Assembly (NCBI GenBank): GCA_036140295.1
Contig: JAYZYL010000001.1
Span: 14,163-78,162 of the forward strand
Reading direction: 5' to 3'
From: Pseudomonadota bacterium
Lineage (GTDB): Bacteria > Pseudomonadota > Gammaproteobacteria > GCA-002705445 > GCA-002716945
Length of the DNA stretch: 64,000 nucleotides
The notes under the pieces were generated by a model. The model ran no database searches. It had not been told where the DNA came from and worked only from the letters and a program-made list of their open reading frames with translations. Both the position numbers and the translations under genes were made by a program. Shown here piece by piece: positions 38,938-48,929 of this stretch (its first letter is position 1; every line of letters begins with the position of its first letter).

Positions 38938-41900
38938 GTACTCCTTCTATTCTCAATAAATTTATATAAAGCAGGAATAAGATATAGGGTTATTAAAGCA
39001 GATAAAGTTATCCCGCCAAAAACAACTACAGCCATTGAGTACCTACTTTCAGCTCCAGCCCCACTACTTAAAATTAAAGGTATTGCTCCAAACATTGTGG
39101 AGATAGTTGTCATTAAAACGGGCCTAAGCCTTATCATTGAAGATTTATATATAGCCTCTTCAATTGTTTCTCCTTGTTCTCTCAGTTTATTTGCAAACTC
39201 AACAACTAAAATTCCATTTTTAGCAATAAGTGCAATTAACATAAGGAAACCTATTTGGCTATAGACATTTAATGATGCTCCTATTACAAAAAGTGTGTAT
39301 AGTCCTGCAGTAATGGCAATTGGGACAGTTAATATAATTGTAAGAGGATTTATGAAGCTTTCAAATTGTGCTGCAAGCACTAAATACACTACTAAAATTG
39401 CAAACAAAATTGTTAACTCTAGTTTATTTCCTGATTCAAAATACTCTTTTGATGAACCAGTAAATGATAATTTTGCATTAGCTGGTAAAACATTCTTTGA
39501 AAGGTTAGTTATGTCTTGAAGAGCATTACCTAATGGATAACCAGGTATTAAAGAAGCTGACAGAACTGTTGAGGGCATTCTGTTAATTCTCTTTAGTTCT
39601 TTACTTGCTGATGTTTCCTCGTATGAAACAAAATTTGATAAAGGTATTAATTTTTCATGCTTAGGTGATTTAAGAAAAATAGCATTAAAGTTGTCAGGGG
39701 TCATCCTAAAACTTCTATCTGCCTGTAAAATTACATTGTAAGTTAAGCCTCTTTCTGAAAAAGTAGTCACCCTATTTGATGCAAAAAGCGTTTCAATTGT
39801 TGTTGTAAGTTGTTTTGAAGATATACCAAGATCTGATGCTTTCTCTCTGTCAATTTTAAGATTTAATCTAGGATTATTGACTTTGTAATCAATATTTGGC
39901 GCACGAAGATTTAATTTAGTTGTTTCATTTAATAAAATATTCCCCCATTCACCTACATTTCTATAATTGTCAGCGCTTATTACCACTTGGACTGATGATC
40001 TAAAAGGGCTTTGTCCAAGACTTGGGGGGTTTATTGTAAAAATGCGTGCCCCTGGAATTGAAAGTAATTTTGGAAATATTTCTTTTACAATTTCTTTTTG
40101 ATGCCTATCTCTGTCATCCCATGGTTCAAGAGAAGCAAATAAGAAGGCAGAGTTTACAGAACCTGGTTCTCCAGAAAATCCAGGCGCAACAATTGAGAAT
40201 AGTGTATTGATTTCATTTTTCTCAATATATGGTTGTAATTTACTTTCAACTTCCTTAACGATTTTATCTGTGTACTCTAATGTTGATCCTTCAGGTCCTT
40301 GTACAGAAATTATAAATATTCCTCTATCTTCTGTAGGTGCTAACTCCTTAGGAATAAATTGATACAAGATAAATGAAATAAAAATAACTAAAGTTGAGAA
40401 TATATATATTTTTTTAACATTTTCTTGTGAGAATTTAAGAGTCATCCCATAAAATTCTTTAAACTTTTTTAATAGCTCTGGTTCATTTTGATCTCTATAA
40501 TTAGGTTTCATAATTTTTGAACACAGCATAGGAGTAAGTGTGAGAGCAATTAAACTTGAAATAACTACAGCAAATGATAAAACAACGCCGAACTCAATAA
40601 ATAATCTACCAGTTTTCCCTCCCATAAAAGATAGAGGCAGGAAAACACTAACTAGAACCACTGTAGTTGCGATAACTACAAAAGTTATTTGTTTTGCTCC
40701 ATCAATAGATGCTCTGTAAGGTTCTTCTCCACCTTCTATCCTTCTTTTGATATTTTCTAAAACAACAATTGAATCATCCACAATAAGCCCAATTGCAAGT
40801 ACAAGAGCAAGAAATGTTAATACATTTAAGGAATAACCAAAAAAATATATTATAGAAAATGTTGAAATTATTGATACTGGTATTGTAAGTGTAGGAATAA
40901 TTGTTGCGGCAGGAGAATAAAGAAAATAATAAATAACCGCTATTACCATTAACATTGCAATTAACAATGCTCTTCTAACTTCAGAAATAGATTCATTAAC
41001 GAATGTTGATTGATCATACCCTATAGTCATTTCAATATTTTCAGGTAAAGTTGGCTCTATCTCTGATAACTCCTCTTTCACTGCTTTAGCCACTTCAAGT
41101 ACATTGGATTTTGTTTGTCGTACAATCCCCAGCCCAATTGCATTTTTCTTATTAGCTCTTAAAAAACCTCTGTCGCTTTCAGGACCTATTTCTATAGATG
41201 AAATATCTTCTAAATTAACTCTTTTGTTCTCATATTCTTTTATTACAATTTTTTTAAACATATCTAGGTTCTCCAATTTTGAATTTACCTGGACATTCAT
41301 TTCTCTTTCAATTGATTCAATTCTTCCTGCTGGACGTTCAATATTCTCTTTATTAATAGCTGATAAAATTTCTTCTGTGGTAACATTTCTAGCCGCCATT
41401 TCATTAGGATTTAACCAAACTCTCATCGCATATTTACGCTCTCCTCCAATTCGCACCGAAGCAACACCCGGCAAGATTGAAAGTCGATCAATTATGTTCC
41501 TCTCTAAGTAATCATTAAGCTCAATACTATCTAGTTGATTACTCGTAAAACCTATCCACATTACAGCTTGTCGTGCATCAGAATCTGATTTTGCTACTGT
41601 AGGGTTATCTGCTTCTTGAGGCAATTTGGAAGCTATTCTTGCAACTTTATCTCTAACGTCATTAGTTGCGTCATCCATATTTCTGCCAAGATTAAATTCT
41701 ACCCTTATCGATGAAACCTCATCTTTGCTGGTAGAAGAAATTTCTCTTATATCAGATATTCCAGATAATGAATCTTCTATGATTTGTGTTACATCCCTCT
41801 CCATAATTTCTGAAGAGGCTCCACGATAAACAGTGGTTACAGAAACTACAGGATTGTCTATATCTGGATATTCTCTTATTGTTAATTTTTCATAGGATGC

Positions 41901-41978
41901 TAAACCAATTAAGATTAAAAATAAACTTATAACTACAGATAATACTGGTCTTCTAATGGAAAGTTCAGAAATATGCAT
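38934..41978 (-). CDS. RND efflux transporter permease subunit (AcrB/AcrD/AcrF family)
   Basis: 1014 aa; RRPV, proton-relay residues in VDDSIVVLENI, AKNGIL and RLRPVLMTT. Confidence 0.95.
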   Translation of the reverse strand: MHISELSIRRPVLSVVISLFLILIGLASYEKLTIREYPDIDNPVVSVTTVYRGASSEIMERDVTQIIEDSLSGISDIREISSTSKDEVSSIRVEFNLGRNMDDATNDVRDKVARIASKLPQEADNPTVAKSDSDARQAVMWIGFTSNQLDSIELNDYLERNIIDRLSILPGVASVRIGGERKYAMRVWLNPNEMAARNVTTEEILSAINKENIERPAGRIESIEREMNVQVNSKLENLDMFKKIVIKEYENKRVNLEDISSIEIGPESDRGFLRANKKNAIGLGIVRQTKSNVLEVAKAVKEELSEIEPTLPENIEMTIGYDQSTFVNESISEVRRALLIAMLMVIAVIYYFLYSPAATIIPTLTIPVSIISTFSIIYFFGYSLNVLTFLALVLAIGLIVDDSIVVLENIKRRIEGGEEPYRASIDGAKQITFVVIATTVVLVSVFLPLSFMGGKTGRLFIEFGVVLSFAVVISSLIALTLTPMLCSKIMKPNYRDQNEPELLKKFKEFYGMTLKFSQENVKKIYIFSTLVIFISFILYQFIPKELAPTEDRGIFIISVQGPEGSTLEYTDKIVKEVESKLQPYIEKNEINTLFSIVAPGFSGEPGSVNSAFLFASLEPWDDRDRHQKEIVKEIFPKLLSIPGARIFTINPPSLGQSPFRSSVQVVISADNYRNVGEWGNILLNETTKLNLRAPNIDYKVNNPRLNLKIDREKASDLGISSKQLTTTIETLFASNRVTTFSERGLTYNVILQADRSFRMTPDNFNAIFLKSPKHEKLIPLSNFVSYEETSASKELKRINRMPSTVLSASLIPGYPLGNALQDITNLSKNVLPANAKLSFTGSSKEYFESGNKLELTILFAILVVYLVLAAQFESFINPLTIILTVPIAITAGLYTLFVIGASLNVYSQIGFLMLIALIAKNGILVVEFANKLREQGETIEEAIYKSSMIRLRPVLMTTISTMFGAIPLILSSGAGAESRYSMAVVVFGGITLSALITLYLIPALYKFIENRRST

Positions 41979-41981
41979 TTT

Positions 41982-42896
41982 TTAATTTAGTGTTTTTATT
42001 TTAGATCCATCTTTAAGTTTTTCATGACCAAGGACTATAACTTTATCATTAACGTTTAATCCATTCATGATTTCAATCATCTTGTTCATTCTTAAGCCAA
42101 CAGATACTTCTTTTATTTTAGCGTTTTCTTTGTCAACTATATACACATAGTGTTTCTTGTTAATACTTAATAAAGCTTCCTCAGGAATTAAGAGTGCATC
42201 AGGTTTTTCCTGAAGAGTTATTTTTACTTTCATAAATAATCCTGGTCGTAATTCATTATTTTTATTGTCCAAAATTGCATATACTCTTATTGTTCTTGAT
42301 TGGTCATCAATCCTTGTATCAATATGCTTTATATTTCCAAAAAAAATTTTTCCCTTAAAAATATCTGAAGTTGCTTGAAAAGGTAGATCTTTTTTCAAAA
42401 AAGCTAAGTTTGTTTCAGGAAGGTCAAATTTAATTTTCATTTTTGAAAAGTCATCAAGAGTAGTTAATAATCTTCCTTTTGAAACCTGCTCTCCAATATT
42501 TACATTGCTAAGTCCAATTTTTCCCTTAAAGGGTGCATGTATTTCAATCCTGCCAACACTATCAGAAGAAAGGATTGAAAAAATTTTTTCTCCTTTTTTT
42601 ATTTCATCTCCTTCAATAAAATTTATTTTTTCAATAACCCCATTCACTTTTGCAGTAATTTCTGCTGAACGAAGGGCTTCAATGGTTGAAATTGTTTGAT
42701 AAATTTTCTTGGCAGTACCCAAAGTGATATGGCTGACCTTGACTGATGTGATTCTAGTTTTAGTTGCAAATTCAGAAAATTTAGCAATTTTTACATATAA
42801 TGAAAATCCACCATAAAATAAACCAATTAATAAGATAATGATTAATAGGTGAAATGTCTGAAGGTTTGATGCAAGATTCTTAACCTTATTCAACAT
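41982..42896 (-). CDS. RND periplasmic adaptor (MFP) lacking the alpha-helical hairpin
   Basis: N-terminal TM anchor; lipoyl halves (G-x-I-x-K-I...G-x2-IKKG and IHAPFKG) joined by only about 10 aa; beta-barrel (LRPGLF) and membrane-proximal domains present. Confidence 0.9.
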   Translation of the reverse strand: MLNKVKNLASNLQTFHLLIIILLIGLFYGGFSLYVKIAKFSEFATKTRITSVKVSHITLGTAKKIYQTISTIEALRSAEITAKVNGVIEKINFIEGDEIKKGEKIFSILSSDSVGRIEIHAPFKGKIGLSNVNIGEQVSKGRLLTTLDDFSKMKIKFDLPETNLAFLKKDLPFQATSDIFKGKIFFGNIKHIDTRIDDQSRTIRVYAILDNKNNELRPGLFMKVKITLQEKPDALLIPEEALLSINKKHYVYIVDKENAKIKEVSVGLRMNKMIEIMNGLNVNDKVIVLGHEKLKDGSKIKTLN

Positions 42897-42899
42897 ATT

Positions 42900-43628
42900 T
42901 TATTCCTTCCAGATTAATGAAGCCATTCTTCCTGTAATATTGTCTCTTCTAAATGAATAATATAAGTTTGCACTATCAAAGGTGCATGTTTTGTCTTCAA
43001 ATACATTATTAATTCTTTCATCTTTTAAAATAATTTTTGCAGACATTGCTAAATCTAATGTCCAATGTGTTCCATCAATCTTTTTAAATATTTTGGTAGA
43101 TATTTTTTTTACTTTTGCATAAACATCCTCTCTTACAGGATAATTGCTTGAACTTATAGAGGGTCCAATCCATACGCACAAATCTTCTGGTTTTACTTTA
43201 AACTTTTTAATAAATTTTTGTATTAAGTCCTTGTCTAAACCTCGCCACCCAACATGAAGTACCCCAACTTTTCTCCCCAATTTATCGCACATCATTATGG
43301 GTAAACAATCTGCAGATAAAACACTACAAACAACACCCGGTTGATCGGTATATGATCCGTCACACATAATATTTTTTTTAGGAGCATTTAAATATTGGAT
43401 ATTAGTTCCATGAATTTGTTTCATCCAAGATGGTTCAGATGGAAGATTTAAAGTTCTCCGTATTTCTTCTCTGTTCTTCATAACAGCAGATTTAGAATCA
43501 CCTACATCTAAACTCATATTGGCAGAATTATATATATTTTTACTAGAACCACCTATCCTTGTTGTAATAAAAGCTTTTACATTCTCAGGGGCATTCCATT
43601 CAATTTTCTTTGTCTCGATCTTTGCCAT
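42900..43628 (-). CDS. pgeF: Purine nucleoside phosphorylase / peptidoglycan editing factor PgeF (YfiH)
   Basis: QIHGT, SADCLP, HVGWRG, YSFRR-x3-TGRMASLIW; follows rluD. Confidence 0.92.
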   Translation of the reverse strand: MAKIETKKIEWNAPENVKAFITTRIGGSSKNIYNSANMSLDVGDSKSAVMKNREEIRRTLNLPSEPSWMKQIHGTNIQYLNAPKKNIMCDGSYTDQPGVVCSVLSADCLPIMMCDKLGRKVGVLHVGWRGLDKDLIQKFIKKFKVKPEDLCVWIGPSISSSNYPVREDVYAKVKKISTKIFKKIDGTHWTLDLAMSAKIILKDERINNVFEDKTCTFDSANLYYSFRRDNITGRMASLIWKE

Positions 43629-43630
43629 AA

Positions 43631-44566
43631 TTATTCACTTAGTAAAGCTTTAATGGTAACAAAAGTTTCTGGAGTTTCAGAATTAATTATCAACTTTTTT
43701 TTAGTTTTTGGGTGATTAAAGCTTAAATTCTTTGCATGTAGAGCATGTGCGTCATATGTATTTAAGAAATTTAACAAATTTTTGTTGTGATTAAAAATAT
43801 TACATTTAAACCCATACAGCTTATCACCTATAATTGGGTGTCCAATATGAGAGAGGTGCACTCTGATTTGATGGGTTCTCCCTGTAATTAATTCAATGTC
43901 TAAAAAAGAAGATTTATATAATTTTTCTAAAACTTTAACCTTTGTGATAGAATCCTTCCCTGATGGAGAAATAGACATTTTTAATCTATTAATTCTATTT
44001 CTTCCTATTTTTTTATTGATAGTTTGGTTTTTGATTATTTCTCCAGTTACTAATGCTATATATTTTTTGGTAATTAGTTTATTTCTCATTTGATCAATAA
44101 GAGCATTATGTGAAATTAAATTTCTTGCTATTATAATCAAACCCGATGTTCCTTTATCAAGCCTATGTATTATCCCAGCTCTTGGAACATTTTTTAAATC
44201 AGGATAATGAAAAAGTAATGCATTCTGTAAAGTTCCCATGTAATGACCTGGGGCAATGTGTGTCACCATATTTGGCCTCTTATCAACTATTAAAAGATCA
44301 TCATCTTTATGAATAATATTAATGTCTATATTTTGTGGTTTAATATCTAATTCTTCGGTTTCTGAAATTTTAATTTCAACAATAGATTTAACAGATATCT
44401 TGTCTTTGGGGGAACACTTTTTACCATTTAATGTTATATTTTCATTTTTTATCCAATTCTTAATTCTAGATCTTGAATATTCAGGAAGTTGATTTGAGAT
44501 CAATTGATCAATCCTCTTTTCCTTGTCTGGCTCAACTTCAATTTTATAAAAAGAAATATTTTTCAT
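43631..44566 (-). CDS. rluD: 23S rRNA pseudouridine synthase RluD
   Basis: S4 domain, RAGIIHRLDKGTSGL, TGRTHQIRVH, PIIGD, ALHA. Confidence 0.94.
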   Translation of the reverse strand: MKNISFYKIEVEPDKEKRIDQLISNQLPEYSRSRIKNWIKNENITLNGKKCSPKDKISVKSIVEIKISETEELDIKPQNIDINIIHKDDDLLIVDKRPNMVTHIAPGHYMGTLQNALLFHYPDLKNVPRAGIIHRLDKGTSGLIIIARNLISHNALIDQMRNKLITKKYIALVTGEIIKNQTINKKIGRNRINRLKMSISPSGKDSITKVKVLEKLYKSSFLDIELITGRTHQIRVHLSHIGHPIIGDKLYGFKCNIFNHNKNLLNFLNTYDAHALHAKNLSFNHPKTKKKLIINSETPETFVTIKALLSE

Positions 44567-44596
44567 GTTATAATTAAATTTTATTATAATGAAAAA

Positions 44597-45478
44597 ATGA
44601 AATTTAAGACACTCTTCATATCTATTTCAATGATGTTTATCATGAATAGTTGTGCATATTTTTCAGAATTTACCAAGGAAGTTGATGAAACAAAAGAAAT
44701 GGGGCCAGCTCAAATATATAGTGAAGGAAAATCCTTTCTTGATGCACAAGACTTTCCAGCTGCAATAAAGTATTTTGAAATATTAGAATCTAGATATCCT
44801 TTTGGAGTTTATGCAACTCAAGCTATGCTTGATTTAGCATATGCACATTATGAATTTAATCAAAAAGATGAAGCTATAGTGCAATGCAATAGATTTATCA
44901 GACTAAATCCAAATCATCCGAATGTAGATTATGCTTATTATTTAAAAGGGCTCTCAAATTTTGAAAAAACTGTTAATATCTTTACTCGATTTTTTGGACA
45001 AGATTCCTCTAGATATGACATTACTTCACTTAGGGATTCTTTTGATGATTTTTCTTTAATAGTTAATCGATTTCCTAATAGTAAATACGTTAAAGACTCA
45101 AGGAATCGTCTTTTGTATTTAAAAAATAAAATGGCTTCTAATGAACTATATATTGCAAAGTATTATAGGAAAAGACAAGCTCATGTTGCTGCTATTAAAA
45201 GAGTTAAGTATATGTTAGAAAACTTTGGAGGAACCCCAAGTACTGAAGAAGGGCTTGTTCTTTTGATTGATAGTTATAATGATTTAGGAATTTATGATCT
45301 AGCCTATGATAGTAGTAGAGTTTTAGTTAAAAACTATCCGAATTATATTATTTTGCAATCTAATACAGCAGAACCAATTAAAGTCCGAAAGAAGAAAACT
45401 ATCGTTCTTGAGGTAAATCAAGATTTCCCAATAAAGGATGATAAAAGTTGGTATGAATATATTCCTTTTTTTAATTAA
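44597..45478 (+). CDS. bamD: Outer membrane protein assembly factor BamD
   Basis: Lipobox MNSC, RYPFG, RFIRLNPNHPNVDYAYYLKGL; divergent from rluD; start moved to 44597. Confidence 0.95.
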   Translation: MKFKTLFISISMMFIMNSCAYFSEFTKEVDETKEMGPAQIYSEGKSFLDAQDFPAAIKYFEILESRYPFGVYATQAMLDLAYAHYEFNQKDEAIVQCNRFIRLNPNHPNVDYAYYLKGLSNFEKTVNIFTRFFGQDSSRYDITSLRDSFDDFSLIVNRFPNSKYVKDSRNRLLYLKNKMASNELYIAKYYRKRQAHVAAIKRVKYMLENFGGTPSTEEGLVLLIDSYNDLGIYDLAYDSSRVLVKNYPNYIILQSNTAEPIKVRKKKTIVLEVNQDFPIKDDKSWYEYIPFFN

Positions 45479-45483
45479 TTGGT

Positions 45484-46251
45484 TTATTTTTTCTGCTTAT
45501 CAATAATGCAAACCGGTATTGGGTTCATCTTATGTAAACTTTTTTCTCTAATTTTTAGGTATCTATCTCTATGTTTACTACCTTCATTAGTCATTGCTTC
45601 TTCAAGTTCTTCATATGACAATCCCAATTGATCTTTATCTGTTCTTGCATCATCCCACAACCCATCAGTTGGTTCAGCATTAATTACTTCATTAATAATT
45701 TTTAACTCTTTAGCTAATTCTCTAACTTCTGTTTTCGTTAGATCTGCAATGGGTGAAATATCTACCCCTCCATCACCATATTTTGTAAAAAAACCAACAC
45801 CAAAATCCTCTACTTTATTTCCAGTTCCAACAACTAGGCTGTTGGTTGACGCTGCAATTTGATATAAGGTGATCATACGAAGTCGAGATTTAGAATTTGC
45901 AAAACCTAAATTACTATTAAAGGATTTTTTCTTAACCACTTTAGAAAATGATTCAAAAGCATTTGTTAGATCAATCTCACAAATCTCTACATTTTTAAAT
46001 TTATCTGATAACCAATTACAATGTTTGATGCTGTTGGGAGGATTACCCGAGACAATGGGTAATCTTACACCAAAAGTTTTTAAACCAGTTAGCGCACATA
46101 AGGTGCTTGTTAAAGAAGAATCTATACCCCCTGAAATTCCAACAACAAGGCTATTGCATTTACTAGCTTCGTCTATATCTTTTGAAGATATTTTTAATAT
46201 ATAATCACTAATCCATTTAGTTATAAAGTCAATTTTTTCTCTATTATCCAT
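45484..46251 (-). CDS. nadE: NH3-dependent NAD+ synthetase (no glutaminase domain)
   Basis: GISGGIDS, RLRM, TGNKVE, KYGDGGVDISPIADL, PTDGLW; start probably MDNREK at 46251 (track gives 46263). Confidence 0.95.
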   Translation of the reverse strand: MDNREKIDFITKWISDYILKISSKDIDEASKCNSLVVGISGGIDSSLTSTLCALTGLKTFGVRLPIVSGNPPNSIKHCNWLSDKFKNVEICEIDLTNAFESFSKVVKKKSFNSNLGFANSKSRLRMITLYQIAASTNSLVVGTGNKVEDFGVGFFTKYGDGGVDISPIADLTKTEVRELAKELKIINEVINAEPTDGLWDDARTDKDQLGLSYEELEEAMTNEGSKHRDRYLKIREKSLHKMNPIPVCIIDKQKK

Positions 46252-46366
46252 ATGTACCAACAAACCAACTGATAATCTATAATGATACTTAGTATCATAG
46301 TTATTTATTATGTTTCAATAATTTTAATATCGTATATAATATTTAAATTATCCAAAGTAAGACACA

Positions 46367-46573
46367 ATGCGTATATTAGTAATAATAGCAATAGTAGTAA
46401 TACTTTACATAATTATAAAATCTTTAATAGGAAAAAACACGAAATTAAGTCAAAAAACAAAAAAAAATATATCATACTGTCAAGACTGTGATACATATAT
46501 GCCTCATGAAGAAATGTGTAAGACAAAAAATATTCATTTGAATGAATGCGAAAACTACAAAAGGAATTCATAA
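46367..46573 (+). CDS. PP0621-family-like small protein
   Basis: N-terminal TM, basic linker, C-x2-C-x-T-Y-M-P motif plus further Cys/His; located near bamD-nadE, the usual context of this family. Confidence 0.7.
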   Translation: MRILVIIAIVVILYIIIKSLIGKNTKLSQKTKKNISYCQDCDTYMPHEEMCKTKNIHLNECENYKRNS

Positions 46574-46651
46574 ATGTCTAGAATACCTTTATTAATAACA
46601 CTACTAATTATAATGTCGATAGGGGTTCTTCTAACACTTCTATTTAGATAA
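46574..46651 (+). CDS. 25-aa single-TM micropeptide (MSRIPLLITLLIIMSIGVLLTLLFR)
   Basis: Hand-read; ATG directly after the upstream TAA, AAGGA SD 8 nt upstream, stop 4 nt before coaE. Confidence 0.5.
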   Translation: MSRIPLLITLLIIMSIGVLLTLLFR

Positions 46652-46655
46652 TATT

Positions 46656-47243
46656 ATGCAGCTTATCATCATATCTGGTTTAATAGGGTCAGGAAAATCA
46701 ACTGTTTCAAAGTTACTAGAAAAAAAAGGCTTTTACTATTTAGGTGCAGATGAAATAGCTAAAAAAATATTATTAGGAAATAATAAAGTAAAAAAAATGT
46801 TAATAGATTATTTCGGTAATAGTATATTATTTAAAAAAAATATATCTATAAAAAAATTGCGTACTAAACTTATTAAAGATCAAAGTAATAAAAAAATTAT
46901 AGACGATATCATACATCCACATTTTTTCTCTGAAATTAACCTTTCACTAAAAAAACTAAATAATAAAAATGTTGTAGTAGAACTTCCTTTATTAGAAACC
47001 TGTAAGAAAATTTTGAGGAAGTACAAGATAATTGTAGTAGATTGCTCATTAAAGAAAAGGCTTTCAAGAATCTTGAAAAAAAAGAAAATAACTAAGTCGG
47101 AGTTCACTAATATTAATAAAATGCAGAAAAGTAGAAAATTTTATATCAATAATGCTAATTATGTGCTTCCTAATAATGATACAATGAATGTTCTTAATAA
47201 AAGATTTGAGAAATTATATACAAATAAACTTAGGAAGAAATAA
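46656..47243 (+). CDS. coaE: Dephospho-CoA kinase
   Basis: SGLIGSGKSTV, ADEIA, IIHP, VELPLL; precedes zapD. Confidence 0.9.
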   Translation: MQLIIISGLIGSGKSTVSKLLEKKGFYYLGADEIAKKILLGNNKVKKMLIDYFGNSILFKKNISIKKLRTKLIKDQSNKKIIDDIIHPHFFSEINLSLKKLNNKNVVVELPLLETCKKILRKYKIIVVDCSLKKRLSRILKKKKITKSEFTNINKMQKSRKFYINNANYVLPNNDTMNVLNKRFEKLYTNKLRKK

Positions 47244-48011
47244 GTGTCAACTCAATCAGACAATCAAGTTACGGTCTATGAAGAACCGGTACATGAGAGA
47301 ATTAGAAAATTCTTACGAATTGAAACATTATTTAATAGAATTAATTATCTTAAAACTAAAGAAACACATTATGAAAATTATTTTGCCGCTGTTTCTTTGG
47401 CAGAATTATATGAATTATTATTAAGGATGGATATAAAAGCGGAATTAATACGTGACCTTGAAACCCAAAATAGTTCCTTAAAAAGATTTAAAGACCAACC
47501 TGATGCTGATTCAAAAAAACTTAATTCAATGCTTGAGAAACAAGAAAATCATTTAAATCATTTATATTCTAAGGATTCATCCTACTTAGACCATCTTAAA
47601 CAAGATGAACTCTTTAAAACTCTTGTCAAATATTCAAGAAGCTCTACACACCCTTCTTCGCTTACGTATTGGCTATCACGTGATGATCTATCCAGAGAAA
47701 ATCAAATAAATTTATGGTTGGAACCTATAAACTTTATAAATAAATCAATTACGTTTCTTCTTACAACTATCAGAAAATCAGCCACTGCTGTTGATAAATT
47801 AGCAAAAGATGGTTTTTATACAGATAAATTTGATAGTCAAAAAAACCTTCTTTTGATCCGTGTTACATTAACGTCAGACCATTTCTATTTCCCATCAATT
47901 AGTGTTGGGAAACAACGTATTACTATAAGGTTTATGATAAAAGATGACAAAAATAAATTTATTGCACATAAGTATGATGTCCCCTTCATTTTATCTACCT
48001 GTATAATGTGA
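47244..48011 (+). CDS. zapD: Cell division protein ZapD
   Basis: YEEPVHERIRKFLRIE, DIKAELI-x-DLE, LIRV, FPSISVGK-x-R-x2-IRF; GTG start after coaE. Confidence 0.9.
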   Translation: MSTQSDNQVTVYEEPVHERIRKFLRIETLFNRINYLKTKETHYENYFAAVSLAELYELLLRMDIKAELIRDLETQNSSLKRFKDQPDADSKKLNSMLEKQENHLNHLYSKDSSYLDHLKQDELFKTLVKYSRSSTHPSSLTYWLSRDDLSRENQINLWLEPINFINKSITFLLTTIRKSATAVDKLAKDGFYTDKFDSQKNLLLIRVTLTSDHFYFPSISVGKQRITIRFMIKDDKNKFIAHKYDVPFILSTCIM

Positions 48012-48013
48012 GA

Positions 48014-48928
48014 CTACCAAAAATTTCTTATCCCAGAGACTCCGTACCCTTCATTCTTTTTTGATAATTCAATATCCTCTTTAGAAACTCCTCCCAAGGC
48101 AAAAGTAGGCATATTTGCATATGAAGATAGTACTCTAAACTTTTCCCATCCTAAACATTTTTGATTTAAATTTTTGGAACCTTTAATGGGGGAAATAAGT
48201 ATATAGTCAAAGTTAAGTAAATTTGCTTTTTTTATTTCATCGGCATTATGACAAGAACAAGAATAATACTTAAAATCAATTGGTAATCTTTTAGCTGACG
48301 ATAAAAATTTGCTTTTATAGTGAACTCCATCATAATGTGGAAAAAATATTTTTTCATGAGGGTGATCAATAATAAATTTGACATTATTTTCCTTACAAGA
48401 TTTAAAAACCTTGATTATAGTTTCAGAGTTATTATTATAATATGTGTCCTTATCTCTAAATCTTACTAATAAATCTTTTTCTTTGTTGATAAGCTCAATA
48501 GATTCATTTAATGTTTCATCATTGGGTCTAGAAATTGATAAAAATCTTGGTAAATTTAATAATTTTATTATCCTGTAAGTTGATGCCAAACATTCTATGT
48601 TTTTAAAATTGTCTTTTTCACAATATGATATTTCTTGCTTATTGGAACTTATGGTTCCTTCATATGTAATAATCTTAAATATATGCAGACAAACTTTAAA
48701 TTCTTTATACTCATGAATGATTTTATTTATAAAATTAATCTTCCTGGGAAAAATACTTAATTCTTCCATAAATTCACGCTGTAAAGCTTCAGCAGGTTTT
48801 TCATTTTTTTCAATTTTTCCGCCAGGAAATTCAAAAAAATTCTTATATGGTTCCTTTTTTCTCTTCAAAAAAAGATATCCATTATCATTTGATATAATTC
48901 CAATAGAACAGTTGATTATATCTTTCAT
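48014..48928 (-). CDS. mutT: NUDIX hydrolase (MutT) fused to a thiamine-phosphate-synthase-like domain
   Basis: EFPGGKIE-x2-E-x6-LQREFMEE Nudix box; C-terminal SCH-x3-E, D-Y-x3-SP, GW, P-x-FALGG. Confidence 0.85.
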   Translation of the reverse strand: MKDIINCSIGIISNDNGYLFLKRKKEPYKNFFEFPGGKIEKNEKPAEALQREFMEELSIFPRKINFINKIIHEYKEFKVCLHIFKIITYEGTISSNKQEISYCEKDNFKNIECLASTYRIIKLLNLPRFLSISRPNDETLNESIELINKEKDLLVRFRDKDTYYNNNSETIIKVFKSCKENNVKFIIDHPHEKIFFPHYDGVHYKSKFLSSAKRLPIDFKYYSCSCHNADEIKKANLLNFDYILISPIKGSKNLNQKCLGWEKFRVLSSYANMPTFALGGVSKEDIELSKKNEGYGVSGIRNFW

Positions 48929-48929
48929 T

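Noticed and set aside
46282-46491. 69-aa ORF with a hydrophobic N-terminus overlapping the PP0621-like gene
   Set aside because: It overlaps a better-supported gene in another frame for most of its length and has a low-complexity Asn/Ser/Lys middle.
48014-48928. MutT fused to a thiamine-phosphate-synthase-like domain as a novel fusion
   Set aside because: This fusion is already known next to argJ-secA in Pseudomonas and other gammaproteobacteria.
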